Shown in pieces: positions 33,732 to 43,233 of a stretch of 43,233 nucleotides of DNA. The number at the start of each line of letters is the position of its first letter. Position 1 is the first letter of the stretch. Source of the stretch: Salpingoeca rosetta (Eukaryota; Protista; Choanoflagellata); assembly GCA_033442325.1 (NCBI GenBank), contig JAWQFM010000009.1:795653-838885 (forward strand). The letters run 5' to 3'. Both the position numbers and the translations under genes were made by a program. The notes under the pieces were generated by a model that worked only from the letters and a program-made list of their open reading frames with translations, was not told the origin of the DNA and ran no database searches.

Positions 33732-35122
33732 AGTCGCTGCTGTTGTTTGTGTGTGTGTGGGTGATGCGTGTGTTCTTTCTCCTGCTGGTGGTTTGAGGTC
33801 GGAGTAGCTCAGTCTGTCACGACTGGATGGCCTTGTCGTTGGATGTGTGTGTGGGGGGGGGGGGGGGGGGAGCGGCGCCTCCTGTCTCGCTCAATCCCTT
33901 TCGTCAGTCTCACAGAACAAAAACCGTGCGCTCGATCTCGTCCGCCTTCCGAGCTTCTTGCGTCGTCGTTGCGTCGTCTGGCTGCTTGTCTGTTGTCTGT
34001 TTGAAGCAAAAGGCAAAGAAGGGAAGGTTCACAACCACCACGAACAAAAAGGCGATACGCCATGTCATGTCATCAGTCACACATAGTATTGCTCGAACGA
34101 ACGAACGAACGAACACCAGCCTCTTCATTCTCCCACCGTTTGTTGTCACGCACAAGGCACGAACCGTGTTGTTGTTGTTGTTGCCACCTCACCTTCTCTG
34201 CTCCAGCAGCAGGATTGGTCGCGGGTTGTTTTGTTTGCTCGCGCCCTTGCTGGTTGTGGCTTGCTGGTTGTGGCTTGCTGGGAGGAGGGCGAACGCCATG
34301 GCAAGCACTTGCGCAATCGCGACCCACAGCAAGCAAGCAAGCAAGCAATGCGACTTCGAGCAACCCCCACCCAAATCAAAACAAACCCGCGACACGACAG
34401 GCAGAGGTGTTCCCGCGCACCGAATCCAAAACGTGTCCGCGTTCTTGCGATTTATTGCGCCACGGATTCCCAGGAACGGAAAGCGACCCGCCCCTTCGAA
34501 ATTAGCACAAAGATATCAACAACAATGCACGCGCATAATAAATTTTTTCAAAACAGAATGTGCGACGCCCCCCTCCCTGCCCGTCTTCTTTGTGCCCTTT
34601 GTGTTGGTCGCTGCCGCTTCCTTCCTCCTGCTGCTTCTCCTGCCTCTGCTTTCCCTTGCTTTCCTTTGCCTTTTTGCCAGCGAGACCAGCAGCAACACCA
34701 CACACCCACACCCACACACCCACGCGCGCGCGCTCTGCCACCTTCCCTCAATTTTCATTCGCAAGTCTCAACAAGTGACAGTTGACAGAGAGAGAGAGAG
34801 AGAGATAGAGCCCTCCCCTTGGATCCTTATCGCTGCCACTGACCACCACACACAGGTAGAATCAAGCGACTGCGCTTTAATGTGACGGCGCGTTGTCTGT
34901 TTGTCTGTCTGTCTGTCTTTGGTGTTGATCGACTGCTGTTTGTGTTTGTATGCTCAAAGACATGGGGAACATCACAACATATGCAACCACAGACACACAC
35001 ACACACGCACACAAGCCGACAGGCTCACACACACACACACAACACATGTCCACTCACACTCACTCACACTCACTCACACACACATTCACTCACACAACAC
35101 AACACAACACAACACACAACAC

Positions 35123-36427
35123 ATGCGCAGCATGAACGACGTGTTTACAATCGAGGACTGGCTTGGCCAGGAAATGCTTGTGGATGATGACCGCATGTTC
35201 GGCGGCGCTTCCCGCTCCTTCTCCTTCTTCGACTCGGCCCCAACAGTCTCCTTTGGCCAGCACCACCACAACCCACACAGCCACGACGAGCACCACCAAC
35301 ACAGCGAACACCCACACCACGCCCAGCAGCAGCCACTCGCACCCCCTCTCGCCTCCTTTGACGAGACGGCGGGCCTCGACATGGCCGCCCGCCACTCGGA
35401 CGTGCGACTCTTCAAGCGCGAGCCCAGCCCAGACATGTTCATGGGCAACGACGATGGCCTCACCACCCCACCCGCCCCCACCATGATGGACACCACCGAC
35501 ATGGACCTCCTCGCTGACCAGCACCCGCAGACCCCAGAGCTCCCAGCATCATCCTCCCACCAGCCCCACATGCTCTGCACTGCCCACACCTTCCACCACC
35601 CGGCCGTCGCCCCAGAATATTGCAGTGCCCAGGACCACAACGACAACAACGCCAACTCTCACATGTCCTCATCCTCCTCCATGGCCACCACTGCAGCACC
35701 CGAGACAACCACACAATCGCACTTTCCACCGCCACCGGCGCCCACTTCCTCTGGCCACGCCGAGCAGCGGCAACAGGAAGACTCCTCTCCCCCACACCAA
35801 AAGGTCAAGTCAGAGGAGGTTGCGCCGGCACCTCAGCCTTCCCTTGTCTTCACCCCAGTCCCCACCGCACCCCACATTGCTCCCCGTCAGCAACAGCAAC
35901 AACACCAGCAACACCAGCAACAACAGCACTCCTTCCCGCAACAACAACAACAACAACACCAACAACAACAGCAGTCGAGCACCAGGTCCAGCAACAGCAG
36001 CTCGAGCGGTGCGCCCACGTATGATGTGAAGCGCTTTGAGGACCTGACAGACCATCAGCTGGCCACCATCGACTTTAAGATCCTTATGGACCTGGCCTCC
36101 CGTGCAGGCCTGAGCAACGACGAGCTTGCCGAGGTGAAGGCCAAGCGGCGGCGCCTCAAGAACCGCCTCAGCGCCCGCATCTGCTCAAACAAGAAGCGCG
36201 AGAAGTGCAGCGAGCTCGAGGAGACAAACCGCAAGCTCTCTGCCCAGGTCAAGTCGCTCAGCTCGGAAAACTCAAGGCTGCAGAACATGAACGTCGTGTA
36301 TGCAAAGGACCTCGACGAATACCAGCAGGAGGTTGCGCGGCTCAACCACCGCATTGAGCACCTCACCCGCCTCCTCTTGCAGCAGGGCATCTCCCAATCC
36401 GACCTCGACGTCTCACACGCAGCTTAA
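35123..36427 (+). CDS. Intronless Maf-like bZIP transcription factor
   Basis: Extended homology region LTDHQLATIDFKILMDLASRAGLSNDELAEVKAKRRRLKNR (Maf: [34 protein letters not shown]), a leucine zipper, and an acidic/His/Gln-rich N-terminus. TAA at 36425-36427. Confidence 0.88.
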   Translation: MRSMNDVFTIEDWLGQEMLVDDDRMFGGASRSFSFFDSAPTVSFGQHHHNPHSHDEHHQHSEHPHHAQQQPLAPPLASFDETAGLDMAARHSDVRLFKREPSPDMFMGNDDGLTTPPAPTMMDTTDMDLLADQHPQTPELPASSSHQPHMLCTAHTFHHPAVAPEYCSAQDHNDNNANSHMSSSSSMATTAAPETTTQSHFPPPPAPTSSGHAEQRQQEDSSPPHQKVKSEEVAPAPQPSLVFTPVPTAPHIAPRQQQQQHQQHQQQQHSFPQQQQQQHQQQQQSSTRSSNSSSSGAPTYDVKRFEDLTDHQLATIDFKILMDLASRAGLSNDELAEVKAKRRRLKNRLSARICSNKKREKCSELEETNRKLSAQVKSLSSENSRLQNMNVVYAKDLDEYQQEVARLNHRIEHLTRLLLQQGISQSDLDVSHAA

Positions 36428-37307
36428 CAACTCCAACAACTACACCCCACGCCCCACGTGTCTGTGTGTCTGTGTACGCCCATCCATCGCTGTTGTTATG
36501 TCCTTTTGTGCCTCCAACCTCGACCCTGCACCTTCGGGTCCTGTAATACTTCCCCACCTCTCCAGCTTTTCCATATCTGCCTCTTTACCATTGATTCACT
36601 CACCCACTGATGGCCGCCGGTGCGGCTTACTTGCTTCTCTATTCGCTCCCGCTGCCTCCTCTGCGCACACGCCTTTTTCTCACCCTTTTCCTCAACGTGT
36701 TGCCTCACCTTCTGTGTGTTACCCCTCCCCCCGCCGCTCTGCTGCATTGGATTGGCATTCGCCTCTGTCTTACCTTACCCTCCCTCTCCCTTATTCATCC
36801 CACTCGCGGTGGTGGGTTGTGCCTCTTTCTTGCTTTCTGAAGTGGATTTGGCACACGTTGTTAGACGTGGACCCTCGTTCTCTCCACCCCGCACGTTCTT
36901 TCCGTGGTTTAGTTTTGGCGCTTTGGTGCACATGGACGCCAGTACACATTCGGTTTCCTGATTGTGCCTCACTGCTGGTTTGATTGCTTGTATAACTGCC
37001 CCCCCCCCCCTCATTGTTTGCATGCGCACACCTCTTCCACGCGCTAGCATCATCCGTTGCTTTCGTTTTGGTTTAATCTGCAATACAACTCCACCTTCAA
37101 CACTCGCAGCAATGCGCATCTGACGTGCACTTGGGTGTTACATTCCATCAGCCAACAACCACCCAGCATGCGGTGTCAGTCACGTGATGTTCGTGTGGCG
37201 TGCATGTGTGGTGGCAAACATACAGGGTCGATGACAAAGTGCAACAACAAACACAACGATACACGAGTGCTGCTGCCGCAATGTGCCCATGTGCAAACAG
37301 CAGCAGG

Positions 37308-37990
37308 TCAGGTGCTGGCTCTATCGTTGCCTGTGGGTGGCGGCGCGGCAAGGCCTTCCACGACCGACCGAACAAACGGAAGCACAGCCTGCGACAGGAC
37401 AGCAAACAGCGCGCACGGCAGGCACACATGCACAACAATTAGCTTGAAGGCGTCTGAAGACACGTGAAAGACCAACCTCCGCATGCATAAGAGTCACTCC
37501 GCAGACAGACACACACACACACACACACAGACACACACACAGACACACACACACACGCATACACACCTTGCGGGACTTTTTGATGTTGTGTTGTTGATAT
37601 GCAATTAGACTGTCGGGGGATTCGAGCGCCAACCGCTCAAGCTGCAGCTCACCGTTCCCTTCTAGCGCCTCCACAATCGCCGGCCACCACGCTGTCGCTC
37701 TGTTGGTCACGCAGCGACCACACGCGGGAACATGCGCACAAGCGTTAGAGGTGTGGAAGAGAAGCACGAGATGCCGCCCACGCGATCCACGCACACGCTC
37801 ACGCTCACACGCACCGAAGGCTGGCGTGTGTGTACAAAGCGAGCTGCCGTGCAAACTCGGGTGCAAACACCGTGGACATGATGACCACCAGGTCGAGGTG
37901 GTGGCTGCATCGAAACTCCTCAAGATCTTCAAGGAAGCGCTCCTGCACAGCGACAAGCAAGTTGGAGTGCGTGCGTGTGTGTCTGTGTCT

Positions 37991-38076
<86 letters not shown>

Positions 38077-38222
38077 GTCTGTCTGTCTGTCTGTGTCTGT
38101 CTGTCTGTCTGTGTCTGTGTGTGTGCTTTGAAATCACCTTTTGCACGAGCTGTTGCAGGTCCATGGTCACAGCCGGAAAGCCAACTGTCGCCTTTCTAGC
38201 GCCAATCTCCTTGTAGTCCTGT

Positions 38223-38271
<49 letters not shown>

Positions 38272-38446
38272 GTGAGCCACCGCATCCCCACAATAGTCTC
38301 TGTGCATATGTAGGGGTGCACTTGACTGAGACGAGGTGGATGTACCTTCCGCAAAAGCTGCATTGTTGTCAAGTGTGCGCAGTTGAACTTGGCTTCTTGG
38401 ATGGCACTGAACCATTTGTCAGCATCCACATCGCAGAACGGCTTCA

Positions 38447-38529
<83 letters not shown>

Positions 38530-39053
38530 CCCGCTAACAGATAGGTATAACATACGGAGACGGAGTCAGACAAGCAGACAGACAAAGATAGGAAGGATCA
38601 ACACAAACGATAATGCAACGGCGACGCGCTCCATGTGAACACACGCAACGCACCAGTGCCGCTGCTGCCTCATCGGTGTCGAACGTTCGACCTTTGCTCC
38701 GATCAAGGTTCACTGTGTCTGTCAATATCGCACCAAGCAGCAACTGCGCCACAGCTGGCTCACACTCTGTCAACACGGCGCAATGGAATCGAGACATAAA
38801 AGGTGCACACTGCTGGTAAGTTGCAGGGCATTCAATATCATGCACAACAGGCGGTGGGTACTGTAAGCTCAAGGCAACCTTCAAGAAGCGTTCACAACAG
38901 TAACAAAGCATCAAACCTGNNNNNNNNNNNNNNNNNNNNNNNNNNNNNNNNNNNNNNNNNNNNNNNNNNNNNNNNNNNNNNNNNNNNNNNNNNNNNNNNN
39001 NNNNNNNNNNNNNNNNNNNACATTGGCATGCACACGCATACGACGACAAACCA

Positions 39054-39096
<43 letters not shown>

Positions 39097-39479
39097 TGGC
39101 GAGCGACGAGAGATGAGCACGAGCCAATCATCTCGATGGTGGATACGGAAGGGTCAAAGTCGTGCTCGTCGACATGGTGGTCCACAATGTGTGTCACAAA
39201 CGGCTGCAGAAACGTCTGATGACCAGCCAGGCGATTGTGGTCCACGAGCGTCACGTCGAGACTCTGCGCAGCAGCAAACCCAGCCAGATCAACTTCGTCC
39301 CGACACACAAGATCGCCAGCGTCGATGCCAAGCTTCTCCAGAACAAATGTCACCTGAGCAACATGAACGCGCGCATATGTGTGACGTAAGACACAACGTC
39401 ACAGACAAGAAGCCCAAACATGCACACACACACGCACACACACACACACACACGCGCACACACGCACACACACACACAC

Positions 39480-39520
<41 letters not shown>

Positions 39521-39930
39521 TACACACACACACACACATACATACATGAGCAAGCGGAACAAGTGCAGTGACCTCACCTCGGTGCGAAGTGGAAGGTCAG
39601 CTCGCGAAACGTTGACGATGGGAATGATTGGCGACCCCTGGTGTAACGACAGGACACGAGCAGACGCATGAGATGTAGCCACTCTTGCTCACTTCCACAG
39701 AGCCTGCGCAAGTGAAGAGAGCGCACACAGCTTCACACAACTGGAAGCAGAGCCAGCCGTACCTCATCCGTCTGCTGGCGACGAGTGCGCACAAACGCGA
39801 GGCAGAGCGCAGATGCCACAGAGTCAAGGTCGGCAGACTCATTCCCAAGCACAACGCTGAGCTTAGTGGCGGGCGAGGCAGCAGCAAGCCAAGCCCGCGC
39901 TTTGCGCACAAACACAGGCAGTGAACTCAT
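37308..39930 (-). CDS. PRUNE: Prune/PPX1-type exopolyphosphatase (DHH family)
   Basis: VVLGNESADLDSVASA; LPLRTE; LVDHN; IVDHH; IGSCSSLV; GAILTDTVNL; LLRK|DYK; QHNIKKSRK|AVLPFV. TGA at 37308-37310. Confidence 0.93.
38920..39019. other. Assembly gap
   Basis: 100 N. Confidence 1.
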
Positions 39931-40171
39931 CGCGTTCCGTTCCGTTTGTGTTGTCTGTCAAGGTCGTTCGTTTATTGTTGAGACAGTGCGCTGAGTTTCA
40001 TGTCACAAAAAGTCATGTGAGATGTGATGTTATGACACAGCCAAGATGGAAGTCACGAACAGAGCAGCAACAAGAGACAGAGACACCGGCTGTTGTGGTG
40101 TGCAGCAACAGCAGTGGCAGCAAACAGCAACCAAACAAGCACATGTACGCGCATGCAGGGCACAGGGTCAG

Positions 40172-42753
40172 TCAAGTGGCGGATGCGATTGCGCCTGCTG
40201 TGCGGGCGACGACGCGGTCCAGCTGCGCCTTGATCTTGGTGATGGCGGTCGTGCTTGCATGCAACGCCGCGTGCAGATTGCCAATCGCAGCCTGCCGCCG
40301 CGCCATCTCCGCCCGCCCTTCGTCCACCAGCGCAAACGATAGCGACGATGCATCAACGTCAAACGCGCTGCTCGCTGTCGCCGCCACGGCTGGCCTGCCC
40401 CGCTTCGTGCCCTGACCAGAAGAGCCACCAGCATTCACCTCTCCACGGCCGGCACTGTTGCCGTAGTTGCTGTCGTTGCTGTTGCTGTTGCTGTTGTCGT
40501 TGCTGTTGCTGTTGCTGTTGCCGTTGCCGTTGCTGTCTTTGTTGCCGCCACTGCTGTTGCTGTGTCTATTGCATCCACTGCTACCCTCGACGCGCGTGTG
40601 CGTGTCCGCGCGCCCACGAGCGCTTCCCGTGGCGGCGCGGGTGGTGGCGGCGCTGATGGCGCGCAGTTCCGCCCGCAGCCGCGCCACGTTCTCCGTCGCC
40701 TCCCGCGCAGTCGCCCGCGCAAACGCGTTGTCGTGCCGCAGCCGCGCCAGCGCATCCTCCAGCCGCTGCTGGTGGCCAGACACCTGCCGTAGTGCCGTCG
40801 TGGTGGTGAGTTGGTTGGTTGGTGGGGCAAAGGTCAGTGAAAAAAACAAATAAACAAATAAAGGAAGCGCAGGAAGAGGCAATGGGGTTGCACGCGCAGG
40901 ATGAAAAACAAACACAGCCGAAACGCGCTGTACCCAACAACGTGAAGGGCGCCACACGCAAAGATGATGTGCACAACGATGCGTGCATACAAAACGCACG
41001 CACATATGATACAATACAAGCACACACACACATGATACAAGCACACGCACACACATGATACAAGCACACGCACCCAACTGCACAAAATGTTAACACACAC
41101 ATGAAATACACACACATGACATACACACACATGACATACACACATGACACACATGACACACCATGTCGTGCTTCTTCTGGACCAGGGCGAGCCGGTGTTC
41201 AAGCAACGCCTCCTTGTCTGCCTGCTGCCTGTCCAGCTTCGCCTTGGCCTCCTCCGTGCTGCGCAGGTGCTGTGTCGCCTCCGCGTGCGGGCCCTGCACC
41301 CGCTGTACCTCCTCCGCCATCGCCCGCAGCGCCTGATCCCGCGTCTCAAGCTGCTGCCGTCGCCGCTCCTCCCCTGCCCTCAGCTCCGCAACCTCCTTCC
41401 GCGCGTNNNNNNNNNNNNNNNNNNNNNNNNNNNNNNNNNNNNNNNNNNNNNNNNNNNNNNNNNNNNNNNNNNNNNNNNNNNNNNNNNNNNNNNNNNNNNN
41501 NNNNNNNNNNNNNNNNNNNNNNNNNNNNNNNNNNNNNNNNNNNNNNNNNNNNNNNNNNNNNNNNNNNNNNNNNNNNNNNNNNNNNNNNNNNNNNNNNNNN
41601 NNNNNNNNNNNNNNNNNNNNNNNNNNNNNNNNNNNNNNNNNNNNNNNNNNNNNNNNNNNNNNNNNNNNNNNNNNNNNNNNNNNNNNNNNNNNNNNNNNNN
41701 NNNNNNNNNNNNNNNNNNNNNNNNNNNNNNNNNNNNNNNNNNNNNNNNNNNNNNNNNNNNNNNNNNNNNNNNNNNNNNNNNNNNNNNNNNNNNNNNNNNN
41801 NNNNNNNNNNNNNNNNNNNNNNNNNNNNNNNNNNNNNNNNNNNNNNNNNNNNNNNNNNNNNNNNNNNNNNNNNNNNNNNNNNNNNNNNNNNNNNNNNNNN
41901 NNNNNNNNNNNNNNNNNNNNNNNNNNNNNNNNNNNNNNNNNNNNNNNNNNNNNNNNNNNNNNNNNNNNNNNNNNNNNNNNNNNNNNNNNNNNNNNNNNNN
42001 NNNNNNNNNNNNNNNNNNNNNNNNNNNNNNNNNNNNNNNNNNNNNNNNNNNNNNNNNNNNNNNNNNNNNNNNNNNNNNNNNNNNNNNNNNNNNNNNNNNN
42101 NNNNNNNNNNNNNNNNNNNNNNNGGAATGAGAGCTATGGGGAGAGGCAGAAGGGTCCTCGGAGGGCCCAGCGAGCGCGGGAGGACGGCGTGGACTCTGTG
42201 TGTGTGTGTGTGGTTTGTGTGTCATGCTCAGTGTGAGTGTGGGGGAGGGTGGCGATGCTGAAACCGTCCTCAGCTCACAGAAACTCACCCACGAATCAAT
42301 GTCCATGCTGACAGTCTGCTGACGGCGCGATAGAAGATGAGGTGCAGGATTGGCGGAAGCACTCGACCGGTTCTCCCACGACCCCGGGTTCTCCCCGTTC
42401 CGTGAAGAATACGAAATCCTCCTGGAAGGTGCGTCATGCCCGCTGTGGCTGGAGGCATGCATTCTTCTCGTCGTCGTTGGTAGCAGAAGCGTGGTGCCAT
42501 GGAGGAGCACAGGACAGGACACAGGCATTGCCCCATGTACCACGCATCCTTGTATCACGCAGACACATGGCCACACACAGCTACACACACCCACGCACAC
42601 ACACCCGTTGTCTGTTGCTTGATACGAGCCGTGGCCTGGACACACTCGCGCTCCTGTGCAGTAACAGAATCAATGTCCATGATCAAGGATGTCCGGTACG
42701 CGAGCGCTGTGTCACACACACACGCACATACACGCACACACACACGCACACAC

Positions 42754-42801
<48 letters not shown>

Positions 42802-43092
42802 CACGAAACACACAACGCATGCCACGCACGTGTGAGCTCAGTGGTTATGGCAACCAAGCGTGCAGTCATAACACGTGCAAGCAGCACACGACGCCACACC
42901 CGAGTCACCGCAGCCCACCAGTCACGAACATTGTGCCCACTACACATCTGGCTGTTGATTGTCTCGGAACAAAACATGCGCACCTGTGTTAAGGGCCTTG
43001 GCAGCATTGTTGTAGCTCTCCTGCGCCGTGATGAGGTCTTGTCGAAGCGCCTGGCATTCTCCCAGCAGTGCCTCTTCCTCTTGCTTTCCTTC
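40172..43092 (-). CDS. Coiled-coil protein, partial (5' end beyond the window; spans a gap)
   Basis: Heptad-rich exons EGKQEEEALLGECQALRQDLITAQESYNNAAKALNT; ERECVQATARIKQQTT; ..EVAELRAGEERRRQQLETRDQALRAMAEEV..KKHDM; VSGHQQRLEDALARLRHD...ASAT*. All have GT/AG boundaries. Confidence 0.7.
41407..42123. other. Assembly gap
   Basis: Run of N. Confidence 1.
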
Positions 43093-43233
43093 CTGTCGCA
43101 CGCACACAAGCACGAGAGCATGAGTGTACGTGAGAGAGCGACCAGTGTGCATGAGAGAAGGAGGGATGGAGCGAGGAAGACAGTTGGTGAGAGGCTGTGG
43201 TGTTTGTGTCGAGATGCAATGGCCTCAAGAACA

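Overview
Gene-dense, intron-rich eukaryotic genomic DNA. Introns are filled with (GT)n/(CA)n microsatellites and there are four N-gaps. This style and the gene content (mitoguardin, beta-thymosin, Maf-like bZIP, Rad16) suggest a choanoflagellate such as Salpingoeca; that assignment is inference. Most ORF-track entries are microsatellite artefacts, so real genes were rebuilt by splicing at GT..AG sites. In order they are: a 3' gene fragment, a mucin-like membrane protein (-), a furin-like Cys-rich type I membrane protein (+), taxilin (-), a Mak32-like pfkB kinase (-), an OAC1/SLC25A35 carrier (+), a calmodulin-like protein (-), U6 snRNA (+), a Rad16 SNF2-RING helicase (-), mitoguardin (+), beta-thymosin (+), a two-repeat hypothetical protein (-), an intronless Maf-like bZIP (+), Prune/exopolyphosphatase (-) and a coiled-coil protein (-, partial). 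Standout: the U6 gene carries a 65-nt non-GT-AG insertion in its catalytic internal stem-loop. The junctions form a bulge-helix-bulge(loop) motif, and tRNA-endonuclease-type cleavage there regenerates the canonical U6 sequence exactly. The insertion also contains a Pol III B-box. This is a candidate tRNA-type intron in a spliceosomal snRNA.
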